Below the pieces are notes generated by a model. The model was not told the DNA's origin. It made no database searches and was given only the letters and a program-made list of their open reading frames with translations. Positions 49,471 to 59,316 of a stretch of DNA of 64,000 bases are shown in pieces; within the stretch, counting starts at the first letter, position 1; each line of letters opens with the position of its first letter. A program made the translations under genes and the position numbers. Origin of the DNA: Clostridia bacterium (GTDB taxonomy: Bacteria; Bacillota; Clostridia; Oscillospirales; CAG-272); NCBI GenBank assembly GCA_017937135.1, contig JAGBEE010000020.1, forward strand, positions 78,296 to 142,295. Reading direction: 5' to 3'.

Positions 49471-50489
49471 GAATTTTCCTCCATTTCTCTAATTTCAATT
49501 TCATAAGAAAACAACCTATCGTTTTCTATGACTTTTATAAAATCAATTCCAAATTTGTCTTTAAGCTCAATAATATTTCTTTTTTTATTTCCTACAACTT
49601 GCGAAACAAGTCCTTTTGCACACTCAATGATTAGTCCTTTACCTTTTATATGTGATTTTTGAATTTTTTCAGATATAAATGTGTAAAATAGCTTACTTTT
49701 TACCATTTCGCCAATTGATGCATTATTTGGTCCTGCCACATATGAACTTTCAGAATGTAAATTTTCACTATCGCACAAACCAATTCTGATACATTTTACA
49801 TTGTTTTCAACAAAAATCTTTAAAGCTGTAGCACTTCTATCAATTGCATCATCAAGGTTTAACGGAATATATTCATTGTTTTTAGTCATCTTTTCAAGCT
49901 CAGTGTTTTTAAAAACAATTGTAGGATATATTCTCGAGCCAACTGCTCCCATTCTGCAAATTTCTTTCGCACAATGTGTTTCGTCTTCTAAACTTGCACC
50001 AGGTAAGCCAATCATCATTTGACCAATAAATTTAATTTTAGCTTTATTTAAAAGTCTGGTAGCATTTAAAGTATCTTTAACGCTGTGTCCACGTTTTAAT
50101 AATTTAAGGATATCATCATTCATTGATTGAATTCCTAATTCGACACAGCTAATTGTATATTTTTTTAGAATTTTTATTATTTCTTTATCTATGTAATCAG
50201 GACGAGTTGACATTCTTATAGAGCTTACTCGCCCAGAATCTACGTAGCTTTGAGCTTTATCAAGCAATCTTATCATTAAAGCTCTGTCAATACCAGTAAA
50301 AGAGCCACCAAAAAATGCTATCTCACATTCATCCTTTGGTGAAATTGTTTTTATCACCTCTAAAATTTGCTTATCAACATCGCTTTCTATAAAATCGTAA
50401 GAACCAGAAATCAGTCTTTGATTACAGAAAATACATTGATTTGGACATCCTAAATGAGGAATAAATATCGGTATATTTATATGTCTCAT
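49461..50489 (-). CDS. radical SAM protein, ELP3-like catalytic core without an acetyltransferase domain
   Basis: CPNQCIFC (CxxxCxxC) at residues 14-21. 342 aa. Overlaps rnc by 4 nt and smc by 10 nt. Confidence 0.8.
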   Translation of the reverse strand: MRHINIPIFIPHLGCPNQCIFCNQRLISGSYDFIESDVDKQILEVIKTISPKDECEIAFFGGSFTGIDRALMIRLLDKAQSYVDSGRVSSIRMSTRPDYIDKEIIKILKKYTISCVELGIQSMNDDILKLLKRGHSVKDTLNATRLLNKAKIKFIGQMMIGLPGASLEDETHCAKEICRMGAVGSRIYPTIVFKNTELEKMTKNNEYIPLNLDDAIDRSATALKIFVENNVKCIRIGLCDSENLHSESSYVAGPNNASIGEMVKSKLFYTFISEKIQKSHIKGKGLIIECAKGLVSQVVGNKKRNIIELKDKFGIDFIKVIENDRLFSYEIEIREMEENSCV

Positions 50490-51196
50490 TTTACATCAAA
50501 AAGCGCAAGCGCTTCCTTTGCTGAATTTTGTTCAGCCTCTCTTTTAGTTTTTCCCTTGCCTGTTCCTACAACATTAGAATTAATTCTGACCTCAACCTCG
50601 AACTCCTTTGCATGATCAGGACCATTTTCTGCTATACATACGTATTGTATCCTGTCCTTACCTAATGACTGTATAAACTGTTGTAAGGTTGTTTTGTAAT
50701 CATGTCCAACATCATCATTAGATGCTTCTTCTATTTCAGGAATTATAATTGGTAACAAAAATTTTGCAACCGCTTCCTTACTTTTTGAATCAAAATAAAT
50801 TGCAGCAAGCAAGGCTTCAAATGAATTTTCAAGTATTTTTACATTCGATCTGCCTGTATCTTCTTCTCCTTTTCCAAGGTATAAAAAGCTTCCTAAGTCA
50901 ATTTTGTTAGCAAGCGTTGAAAGAGATCTTGTACAAACAACAGATGCTCTTATTTTTGTTAATTCTCCTTCTGGCTTTTTCTTGAATCTATCGAACAAAT
51001 ATTCGCTAACAACTAACGAAAGAACACTATCTCCTAAAAATTCAAGTCTTTCATTACACTCACAAACTATCTTATGAGCCCTTTGCTCATTTGCATAAGA
51101 GGAATGAGTAAGTGCAGTTGTCAATATTTTTTTATCATTAAAAACATAACCAATTTTCTTTTCTAACAATTCAATTGGCAACGGGTATTTACTCAT
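50486..51196 (-). CDS. rnc: ribonuclease III
   Basis: NERLEFLGDSVL signature and a C-terminal dsRBD. Confidence 0.95.
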   Translation of the reverse strand: MSKYPLPIELLEKKIGYVFNDKKILTTALTHSSYANEQRAHKIVCECNERLEFLGDSVLSLVVSEYLFDRFKKKPEGELTKIRASVVCTRSLSTLANKIDLGSFLYLGKGEEDTGRSNVKILENSFEALLAAIYFDSKSKEAVAKFLLPIIIPEIEEASNDDVGHDYKTTLQQFIQSLGKDRIQYVCIAENGPDHAKEFEVEVRINSNVVGTGKGKTKREAEQNSAKEALALFDVK

Positions 51197-51210
51197 TTTT
51201 AATTCTCCTC

Positions 51211-52200
51211 TCAGTTTAATATATTAGATATTTTATCTATAATATTTGACTCACAGTATTGTATAGCTTGTCTAACGGCACTTTTTATATCATTAGCTTT
51301 CGAGCTACCATGTGCCTTAATAACTGGCTTTTTCAAGCCAAGAAGCGGTGCTCCACCATATTCTGAAGCATCAAATGTTTTTTTGAATTTTTTAAGATGC
51401 TTTTTTAATGGTAGAAAAGCCATTTTGGTAATAAAGCTTGTTGTAAAAATTTCCTTAAGAGATGAAAACATAAAGCTTCCAAATCCTTCTATTAGCTTTA
51501 ATGTTATATTACCTGTAAATCCATCTGTAATTAAAACATCGCATGGACAATTTGGAATTTCCTTTGATTCAATATTCCCAACAAAATTTATATTTTCATT
51601 AGCCTTTAACAACTGATATGCTTCTGCCACAACAGGTGTACCCTTGTGTTCTTCGGTTCCATTATTTAACAAGCCTACCCTTGGCTTTTCTACATTAAAC
51701 ATAAGATTTACATATGAAGACCCAATTATTGCCCATTGATTAAGAATATCAGCAGTAACGACAGGATTAGCGCCTGAGTCAAGCATAAGTATTGGAGTTT
51801 TTAAAGGCAAAACTGTAGCGATAGCGCTCCTTCTTACACCATGGATTTTTCTAACAATAAGTGTGGATGCTGTATGTAAAGCCCCCGTGTTGCCAGCACT
51901 TATGAAAGCTTCTGCCTCGTTATCACACAAAAGCTTCAGTCCAATGGCCATAGAGCTTTTATTCTTCTCCTTCATTACTACCATAGGATCATCTTCCATA
52001 GTAACAGCAACATCGGTATGTACAACAGCTATATTTTCAGCCATACAAGCATCAAGCTGCTTATAGCAGTCTTCAATTTTGTCTTTATTGCCAACTAAAA
52101 TGATCTGAACATTAGGATACTCTTTAGAGGCAATATCAACACCCTTAACTATTTCAAACGGTGCGTTGTCGCCACCCATTGCATCAATTGCTATTCTCAT
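51211..52200 (-). CDS. plsX: phosphate acyltransferase PlsX
   Basis: MRIAIDAMGGDNAP. 329 aa. Confidence 0.95.
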   Translation of the reverse strand: MRIAIDAMGGDNAPFEIVKGVDIASKEYPNVQIILVGNKDKIEDCYKQLDACMAENIAVVHTDVAVTMEDDPMVVMKEKNKSSMAIGLKLLCDNEAEAFISAGNTGALHTASTLIVRKIHGVRRSAIATVLPLKTPILMLDSGANPVVTADILNQWAIIGSSYVNLMFNVEKPRVGLLNNGTEEHKGTPVVAEAYQLLKANENINFVGNIESKEIPNCPCDVLITDGFTGNITLKLIEGFGSFMFSSLKEIFTTSFITKMAFLPLKKHLKKFKKTFDASEYGGAPLLGLKKPVIKAHGSSKANDIKSAVRQAIQYCESNIIDKISNILN

Positions 52201-53537
52201 TTTAATATTTCACCTCTCAAAGATTCAATTTTTTGAATTGCTCTTTTTGCTATTTCTTCGTTTCTTGCCTTTTTTCCGCCCTTAACTCTATATCCAAGCG
52301 GAGCTACTATTCCAAAATTTGCATTCATTGGTTGGAAGTTACCAGAATATGCACCATTACTAACATAATGAGCCAATGCGCCAATTACTGTTTCATCGGT
52401 AAAATCTAACTGTTCAATTCCTCTTGCTTTTCTAGCAGCATTAACCCCAGCAACAAATCCTGAAGAGGCAGATTCAATATATCCCTCGACACCAGTCATT
52501 TGTCCTGCAAAATAAACATTATCGTTTTCTTTCATAGAATACGAACAGGTTAAGTATTTGGGAGAATCAATATAAGTGTTTCTATGCATTACTCCGTATC
52601 TTAAAAAAGTTGCATTTTCAAGACCCGGAATTTTAGAAAACACTCTTTTCTGCTCTCCAAAGGTTAAGTGTGTCTGGAAGCCAACTATATTGTACATACT
52701 TCCATTTTTATTTTCTTTTCTTAATTGAACTACAGCAAAGTAAGTTTCTTTTGTAATTGGATTTTCAATACCTACCGGCTTTAGAGGCCCAAAAAGCAAT
52801 GTTTCAAATCCTCTTCTCGCCATTACCTCAACAGGCATACAGCCTTCAAAAACCGTAAGTTTTTGTGAATCCTTATCGAATTTATGAAGCTCAGCCTCCT
52901 GAGCATTTATGAGAGCATTGTAGAAGTCTCTGTATTCATCCTCTGTCATTGGACAATTTATATAATCGGCATCTCCCTTATTGTATCTTGATGCAAAAAA
53001 TGCCTTAGACATATCTATAGACTCGAAATCAACAATAGGTGCAGCTGCATCAAAAAAATGCAAACCCTTTAAATTGAGATTATCAGAAATATAAGCTGAC
53101 ATTTTATCGGATGTTAGAGGTCCAGTAGCAATAATTGTTATCTCATTAGGGGTTATTTCGCACACTTCTTTTTCAACTACTGTTATATTTGGATGATTTT
53201 TTATCTTATCCGTTATAAATTTTGAAAAAAGCTCTCTATCTACCGCAAGCGCAGAGCCTGCTGGAACCCTTGTGTTATCTGCGGCAGACAATATAAGAGA
53301 GTCAAGTGTCCTAAGCTCTGCTTTTAAAACACCTATAGCGTTCGAAAGCTCATCCGAGCGAAGCGAATTAGAACATACAAGCTCGGCAAAATAAGCATTA
53401 TTGTGTGCTGGTGTATATTTATGTGGCTTCATCTCATAAAGAGTGACGCTTACTCCTCTCTGCGCTGCCTGATACGCAGCCTCGCAACCAGCAAGTCCTG
53501 CACCTATAACATTTATATGATTTGTTATCTCATTCAT
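52197..53537 (-). CDS. trmFO: methylenetetrahydrofolate--tRNA-(uracil-5-)-methyltransferase TrmFO
   Basis: FAD site VIGAGLAGCEAA. ATG 53537 was chosen (MNEITNH...) because it starts 1 nt after the topA stop. The track start at 53573 overlaps topA. Confidence 0.92.
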   Translation of the reverse strand: MNEITNHINVIGAGLAGCEAAYQAAQRGVSVTLYEMKPHKYTPAHNNAYFAELVCSNSLRSDELSNAIGVLKAELRTLDSLILSAADNTRVPAGSALAVDRELFSKFITDKIKNHPNITVVEKEVCEITPNEITIIATGPLTSDKMSAYISDNLNLKGLHFFDAAAPIVDFESIDMSKAFFASRYNKGDADYINCPMTEDEYRDFYNALINAQEAELHKFDKDSQKLTVFEGCMPVEVMARRGFETLLFGPLKPVGIENPITKETYFAVVQLRKENKNGSMYNIVGFQTHLTFGEQKRVFSKIPGLENATFLRYGVMHRNTYIDSPKYLTCSYSMKENDNVYFAGQMTGVEGYIESASSGFVAGVNAARKARGIEQLDFTDETVIGALAHYVSNGAYSGNFQPMNANFGIVAPLGYRVKGGKKARNEEIAKRAIQKIESLRGEILK

Positions 53538-53538
53538 T

Positions 53539-55800
53539 TTATTTTTCTTCAACTCTATAACCACATTTTTCATTGTGGCAATATAGAAATTCTTTATTTT
53601 TCTTTCTTATTAGCATGCCTTGGCATTGTGGACATTTTTGCTCAGTTGGGATATCCCATGTTGAAAATCTACATTTTGGGAAGCTTGAGCAGCTAAAAAA
53701 CTGTTTTTTACTCTTTGTAAATTTAGAAACTATATCGGCACCACATTCGGGACATTTCAAATCAATAGCATCGTATTTAGCTTTAGTATTTTTGCACTTA
53801 GGATAATTAGAACAGGCATAAAAATCGCCATATCTACCCTGTCTTAACACCATATCTGCACCACAAATCTCGCACTTTTCATCAATTACAACTATTTCCT
53901 TTGTTACGACCTCGTTGCCATCCTTGGTAAGCGTTTTTGTGTTTTTACATGTTGGATAATTAGGACAAGCAATAAATTTTCCAAATTTACCATTTTTGAC
54001 TATCATTTTGCTTCCACAAAACTCACATATAATGTCCGTTTCTTCAACAGGTATTTCTACATCTTCTTTTCCAAGTGTTTCAGAAGCCTTTTGAAGCTCT
54101 TCCTTAAAATCACTATAGAACTCATTAAGAACATCCTGCATTGCTACATTTCCGTTCTCAATAGTATCTAAATTATTTTCCATATTCGCTGTAAATTGAT
54201 AATTTACAATGTCGGGAAAATGCTCATTCATTATTTTTGTTGTTACCTCTCCAAGTGGCGTTGGCTTTAAGAATTTTCCATCACGCGAAACATATCCTCT
54301 TGATAAAATAACAGTTATAATTGGAGTAAAAGTACTTGGTCGTCCAATACCCTTTTCTTCTAAAAATTTTACCAATGAAGCCTCATCGTAACGAAGAGGT
54401 GGCTCGGTGAAGTGCTGAGATGCTTCGATATTTTTTCTTAAAAGAACTTCATCTTTTGTAAGCGGTGGTATTTTAGAGTTTTTCTCCTGTGTGTATTCTT
54501 CCTCTAAGCTTTCGATCTCCGCATCCGGAGCCTCCCCATATATAGCCATATAACCCTCAAACCCAATAGTGTATCCACTTGTACGAAATATATAACCACT
54601 ATTTTCAAAATCGGCAACAACCGTGTTAATTAGAGCTGATGTCATTTGGCTCGCTACAAATCTTTCCCAAATCAATTTATATAGTCTAAATTGATCGCTA
54701 GTTAAATATTTTTTAATTGCTAAAGGTTCAAGTGAAATTTTTGAAGGTCTTATTGCCTCATGCGCATCCTGCGCATTATTTTTAGACTTATAAATTCGAG
54801 GTGTATTTGGGTAGTAATTTTTTCCGTATTTCTCCTCGATATAAGCTTTTGCTGAATTTTGTGCCTCAGTAGAAATTCTAAGCGAATCCGTACGCATATA
54901 GGTAATTAAACCTTGTACTCCACCATTTTCAGCACCTACATTTATACCCTCATAAAGCTCCTGCGCAATTTTCATGGTTCTTTGTGACTGGAAATTATAT
55001 CTCCTGGAGGCTTCTTGTTGAAGTGTTGAGGTAATAAATGGTGGTTGTGGAGCCTTGTGCTTTACACTCTTTTTGATATCGCTTACCTTAAAATCTGATT
55101 TTTCTATTTCTGAAAAAATTTTATCAACTTGTTTTTTATCGGATATTTTTATCTTTTTGCCCTTTTTTCCATAAAAATAAGCTGAAATATTCCTATTCTT
55201 TACTGTTTTGAGATTAGCAAGTATTGTCCAATATTCAGCTGGCACAAATTGTCTAATTTCTTCTTCTCTTTCCACTATTATTTTTGTAGCAACTGACTGT
55301 ACTCTTCCTGCAGATAATCCACTTTTTACAGTCTTCCACAAAAAAGGGCTTATTTGATAGCCAACAATTCTATCAAGAATTCTCCTCGCTTGTTGCGCGT
55401 CTACCAAATTCATATCAATGCTTCTTGGATGCTTAATAGCTTCCTTTACTGCATTTTTGGTTATTTCATTAAAAGAAATTCTTTTTGCCTTTTTGGCATC
55501 ATCTCCAAGAATTGCAGCAAGATGCCAAGAAATAGCCTCTCCCTCACGGTCAGGGTCAGTTGCAAAAAATATTTTATCCGCGTTTTTAGCTTCCTTTTTT
55601 AGTTCCTTGATTAAATCGCCCTTACCTCTTATATTTATATAATGTGGCACAAAATTGTTATCTATATCAATACCGAGAGATGATTTCGGTAAATCTCTAA
55701 CATGTCCTATTGAAGCTATAACTTTATAGTTTGAGCCGAGGTAACTCTTTACTGCGCCAATTTTACCTGGCGACTCAAGTATTACAAGGTTATTTGCCAT
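53539..55800 (-). CDS. topA: DNA topoisomerase I
   Basis: TOPRIM N-terminus, with Tyr in the active-site context (GLITYMRTDS) and four C-terminal Cys4 zinc ribbons. Confidence 0.97.
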   Translation of the reverse strand: MANNLVILESPGKIGAVKSYLGSNYKVIASIGHVRDLPKSSLGIDIDNNFVPHYINIRGKGDLIKELKKEAKNADKIFFATDPDREGEAISWHLAAILGDDAKKAKRISFNEITKNAVKEAIKHPRSIDMNLVDAQQARRILDRIVGYQISPFLWKTVKSGLSAGRVQSVATKIIVEREEEIRQFVPAEYWTILANLKTVKNRNISAYFYGKKGKKIKISDKKQVDKIFSEIEKSDFKVSDIKKSVKHKAPQPPFITSTLQQEASRRYNFQSQRTMKIAQELYEGINVGAENGGVQGLITYMRTDSLRISTEAQNSAKAYIEEKYGKNYYPNTPRIYKSKNNAQDAHEAIRPSKISLEPLAIKKYLTSDQFRLYKLIWERFVASQMTSALINTVVADFENSGYIFRTSGYTIGFEGYMAIYGEAPDAEIESLEEEYTQEKNSKIPPLTKDEVLLRKNIEASQHFTEPPLRYDEASLVKFLEEKGIGRPSTFTPIITVILSRGYVSRDGKFLKPTPLGEVTTKIMNEHFPDIVNYQFTANMENNLDTIENGNVAMQDVLNEFYSDFKEELQKASETLGKEDVEIPVEETDIICEFCGSKMIVKNGKFGKFIACPNYPTCKNTKTLTKDGNEVVTKEIVVIDEKCEICGADMVLRQGRYGDFYACSNYPKCKNTKAKYDAIDLKCPECGADIVSKFTKSKKQFFSCSSFPKCRFSTWDIPTEQKCPQCQGMLIRKKNKEFLYCHNEKCGYRVEEK

Positions 55801-55817
55801 ATAAAAATCCTTTCGTG

Positions 55818-57026
55818 TTATTTCTTTTTATAAAAACCACCAGGCAAGCTTTCAATTGCTCCGTTAATTTCAAGCATTGTTATACACATTGCTAAATCGG
55901 ATGTATCAAGCTCCAAGCTTGCAAAAAAGTCAAGAGAAACTGGCTTGTCAAATTCCATTTTATCATAAACGAGCTTTTCTTTTTCACTTAAAGCTGAAGT
56001 GTCAAATTTTTGAGTGGCCTTTTCTTCCGTTTGTGAATTTTCTTTACTATTACTTGTAGCATAGAACGATTCGCTATCAAAATTAGAAGCAACCTTTAAA
56101 GCTTTTTCAAACACTGGTCTTTCCTTTGATGCCTGCAAATCTATTTTATCTGAAAATCTATCCAAATAATGCTCAAGTACATCTATTGCAGCTGTTGCCA
56201 TTAATGCACCTTCACTGATTAGCTTATTTGTTCCTGTAGTAGAAAAATATTTAACCGGACCAGGAAATGCAAAAAGATCCTTGCCTTGCTTTAATGCCAA
56301 ATTAGCTGTTATCATTGCTCCACTATTCAAATCTGCCTCAACAACTACTGTAGCCGTTGATAATGCACTTATAATTCTATTTCTTATTGGGAAATTATAT
56401 CCATTAGGTGGCGTGTGTGGTGGATATTCCGTAATAACTGCACCAACTCTTGCTATTTTTTCCATTAGCGCCGCATTCTTCAATGGATAAACGACATCTA
56501 TGCCGGAGCCAAGAACAGCGATTGCTGAACCTCCTGCATACAACGCCCCTTTTTGAGCGGTACAATCTATTCCCAATGCCATACCACTTACCACAATTGC
56601 TCCACCTTTTGCCAAACCGAAGCCCAGCTCGTATGCGTTCTTTTGACCATATACAGTCATTTTTCTTGTTCCTACAACTGATATACAAAGCTCTCTTTCA
56701 AAATGTGGTAATTTTCCTCTGTAATATAAAACAGGTGGATAGTCATCTAACTGACGTAGTGGGAACGGATACTCAGCATCTGAAGGAGTAACTATTTGAA
56801 CATTATTATCCTCGCACCATTCCACGACCTCATGTGCGTGATCTAAATTTTTATCAAGCAAGCTTCGTTTATATGAATTAGAAAGCCATTTTATAGTATC
56901 AACATCGGCATCATCACTATCATATATAGCCTCTATCGACCCAAAATGATTATATAATTTTTGATAAATTTTATTTCCTGCTCCAAAATGAAGCGAAAGC
57001 CATATCCAAATTATTCTGTTATCCAT
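55818..57026 (-). CDS. dprA: DNA-processing protein DprA
   Basis: Rossmann-like DprA core (VVSGMALGIDC...) and a C-terminal winged-helix extension. Conserved dprA-topA-trmFO order. Confidence 0.9.
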   Translation of the reverse strand: MDNRIIWIWLSLHFGAGNKIYQKLYNHFGSIEAIYDSDDADVDTIKWLSNSYKRSLLDKNLDHAHEVVEWCEDNNVQIVTPSDAEYPFPLRQLDDYPPVLYYRGKLPHFERELCISVVGTRKMTVYGQKNAYELGFGLAKGGAIVVSGMALGIDCTAQKGALYAGGSAIAVLGSGIDVVYPLKNAALMEKIARVGAVITEYPPHTPPNGYNFPIRNRIISALSTATVVVEADLNSGAMITANLALKQGKDLFAFPGPVKYFSTTGTNKLISEGALMATAAIDVLEHYLDRFSDKIDLQASKERPVFEKALKVASNFDSESFYATSNSKENSQTEEKATQKFDTSALSEKEKLVYDKMEFDKPVSLDFFASLELDTSDLAMCITMLEINGAIESLPGGFYKKK

Positions 57027-57117
57027 ATGTCTGCCTCGTATATATAATATTATAATTACTTCTATAATAATAGCACTTTATTATTACAATGTCAATTAAA
57101 AAATAAATATTTATATA

Positions 57118-57942
57118 TTATTTTGTTAACTCCCACATAAATATAGCGCTTGCTATTGCCGCATTGATAGATTCTGTATTCTCTTGCATAGGAATGAAGA
57201 TTGTATCATCAGACATATCAAGTACTTCATTTGATATTCCGTGTCCTTCATTTCCGATTATAATTACATCATTATTTGATAGTTTATGTTCACCTAAAAC
57301 CAATGATTTTCTTCCTAAGGCGGCGCTAAGAACCCTTTTTCCGCTTTTTTTGAGAGATTTTATTGCGGAATTAAAATTTTCAACTACATCTATGTTCATT
57401 TTGAACACCGCTCCCATAGCAGAACGTATTACCTTTGGGGAATAAATATCGACACAGTCTTGGGAAAAAATCAATCTATCCACTCCAAATGCTGCTGCGT
57501 TTCTTATTATAGTACCAACATTGCCCGGATCTCTTATCGATTCAAAAAGCATTATTTTTTTGTCACAATATTCATTTTCTACATTTGCAAAAAATCTGTG
57601 TTTTTTATCAAAAAAGCTACATACTGTAATTATTCCTTGTGGTGAAATTTCTTCCGTAAGTTTAGAATATACACCATCGGTTACGCAAAGTATATTAACA
57701 CCACTATTTTGGCAGTTTTTTATCTGTTTAATAATGTCATTATCAAATTTTGTTTGATTGTTTATAACAATATACTTTATGTTAGCTCCAAAATTAACCG
57801 CCTCTAAAAACAACTTTATACCATTACATACAAAAAGCTTTTCTTCGTTTCTGTATTTTTTGTTGTTCAATTTTGCAATTTTTACAATTGTAGAATTTGT
57901 TTTACTGGTTATTACATCTGTATTGAAGATTAGTTCATTCAT
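57118..57942 (-). CDS. TrmH/SpoU-family RNA 2'-O-methyltransferase
   Basis: SpoU motifs (DPGNVGTIIRNA, IIGNEGHGIS and SINAAIASAI). Confidence 0.88.
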   Translation of the reverse strand: MNELIFNTDVITSKTNSTIVKIAKLNNKKYRNEEKLFVCNGIKLFLEAVNFGANIKYIVINNQTKFDNDIIKQIKNCQNSGVNILCVTDGVYSKLTEEISPQGIITVCSFFDKKHRFFANVENEYCDKKIMLFESIRDPGNVGTIIRNAAAFGVDRLIFSQDCVDIYSPKVIRSAMGAVFKMNIDVVENFNSAIKSLKKSGKRVLSAALGRKSLVLGEHKLSNNDVIIIGNEGHGISNEVLDMSDDTIFIPMQENTESINAAIASAIFMWELTK

Positions 57943-57975
57943 ACACTCTTCTCCATTTTAGTTTATTATAAATGC

Positions 57976-58002
57976 TAAAAAACTCGGCTTGCGCCGAGTT
58001 TT
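57976..58002 (-). terminator. terminator downstream of rplT
   Basis: AACTCGGC / GCCGAGTT stem followed by T6 on the minus strand. Confidence 0.85.
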
Positions 58003-58006
58003 AAAA

Positions 58007-58360
58007 TTAAAGTGCTGCTTTAGCCTGTTCAGCGAGCTTCGCAAAAGCCTCTTTATCAGAAACTGCAAGCTCTGCAAGCATCTTTCTGTTAAGATCAATA
58101 CCAGCAAGCTTAAGACCATGCATCATTGTAGAATAGTTCATTCCGCAAACCTTTGCTTGTGCAGAAATTCTTGTAATCCAAAGAGAACGGAAGTCTCTCT
58201 TCTTCATTTTACGACCAGCAAATGCATAGTTACCGCTCTTCATAACAGCTTGTTTAGCCATCTTAAAGTGCTTGCTCTTAGCACCCCAATAGCCTTTAGC
58301 CATTTTTAATACTTTATTTCTTCTTTTACGTGCCATCATAGCACCTTTAACTCTTGCCAT
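58007..58360 (-). CDS. rplT: 50S ribosomal protein L20
   Basis: [19 protein letters not shown]... Confidence 0.97.
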   Translation of the reverse strand: MARVKGAMMARKRRNKVLKMAKGYWGAKSKHFKMAKQAVMKSGNYAFAGRKMKKRDFRSLWITRISAQAKVCGMNYSTMMHGLKLAGIDLNRKMLAELAVSDKEAFAKLAEQAKAAL

Positions 58361-58395
58361 CTTTAAATCCTCCTTGTACTAACGTTTCATTCAAA

Positions 58396-58599
58396 TTATT
58401 TGTTGATAAGCTTCTTGATTGTAGGAGCCATGCTCTCACTTAAATAAGAGCCTGAACGAAGATTTCTCTTACGTTTAGCGGTCTTAAGTCCAAGATTGTG
58501 ACGATGTTGTGAATGAAACATCTTTACTTTTCCAGTTCCTGTCAAAGAAAATCTTTTGCTGGAAGCCTTATGTGTTTTAATTTTTCCCATGGTATTCAT
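58396..58599 (-). CDS. rpmI: 50S ribosomal protein L35
   Basis: GKIKTHKASSKRF. The start is either ATG 58599 or ATG 58590 (MGKIKTH). Confidence 0.93.
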   Translation of the reverse strand: MNTMGKIKTHKASSKRFSLTGTGKVKMFHSQHRHNLGLKTAKRKRNLRSGSYLSESMAPTIKKLINK

Positions 58600-58625
58600 T
58601 TTCCTTTCACGATAAGTATATTATC

Positions 58626-59144
58626 TTATTTTTTTACAGGTGAAATAGTAACGGACATTCTTCTACCATCAAGTGAAGGAGCCTTGTCTGCGCTACCATA
58701 TTCGGAACATAGTCCGAGAAATTTGGTAATAATTTCAACGCCAACCTCAGTATGTGCCATTTCTCTTCCCTTGAACGAAAGAACGACTCTTACCTTGTCT
58801 CCGCCTTTAAGAAAACGGATTGCGTTGTTAGCTTTTGTATTAAAATCATGAGTGTCTATTCTGCAAGAAAGCTGTACTTCCTTTACATCAACTGTTTGTT
58901 GTTTCTTTTTCGCTTCTTTTTCTCTCTTGTCGCGATCATAACGAAACTTACCGTAATCCATAATACGACATACAGGTGGTGTTGCAGTAGGAGCGATAAG
59001 AACAAGGTCAAGTCCTAATGCATATGCCTTTTCCAAAGCAGCATCAGATGACATAACACCAAGTTGCTCTCCGCCGTCGGTTACAACTCTTACTTCTTTG
59101 AGTCGAATTTCTTCATTGATAGACATTTCTTTTGCGTTGCTAAT
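58626..59144 (-). CDS. infC: translation initiation factor IF-3, with an ATT start codon
   Basis: GGAGGTG is followed 7 nt later by an in-frame ATT (59144), giving (M)SNAKEMSINEEIRLKEVRVV.. and a 172-aa product. The track's 40-aa N-terminal extension is leader sequence. Confidence 0.9.
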   Translation of the reverse strand: MSNAKEMSINEEIRLKEVRVVTDGGEQLGVMSSDAALEKAYALGLDLVLIAPTATPPVCRIMDYGKFRYDRDKREKEAKKKQQTVDVKEVQLSCRIDTHDFNTKANNAIRFLKGGDKVRVVLSFKGREMAHTEVGVEIITKFLGLCSEYGSADKAPSLDGRRMSVTISPVKK

Positions 59145-59316
59145 AGTTAAGCACCTCCAATTATACCAAAAGCATTGGTCATTTACCAAAATAAAAATTG
59201 TGCGAAAGAATAAAATCTCCGCACAACAAAAAACTATCTTAAAATAGTAAATTATTAACCACAAACGCCTTTGCGATTGGGTGAGAACGGAGAGTTCTAC
59301 TTCTTTTTGCTTTGTT
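59145..59316 (-). promoter_or_regulatory. infC-rpmI-rplT 5' leader with an attenuator hairpin (L20-leader-like)
   Basis: About 170-nt UTR. The stem TTGTGCG / CGCACAA (59198-59226) is followed by a U-rich tract on the minus strand, upstream of the infC SD. Confidence 0.5.

Noticed and set aside
57989-58851. Plus-strand ORFs of 106 aa and 112 aa opposite rplT, rpmI and infC.
   Set aside because: They are antisense shadows of highly conserved ribosomal and IF-3 genes and carry no independent signals.
59145-59264. A 40-aa N-terminal extension of the infC ORF (MWLIIYYFKIV...).
   Set aside because: It is hydrophobic and low-complexity, has no SD, and overlaps the leader attenuator. The true start is ATT 59144, behind GGAGGTG.
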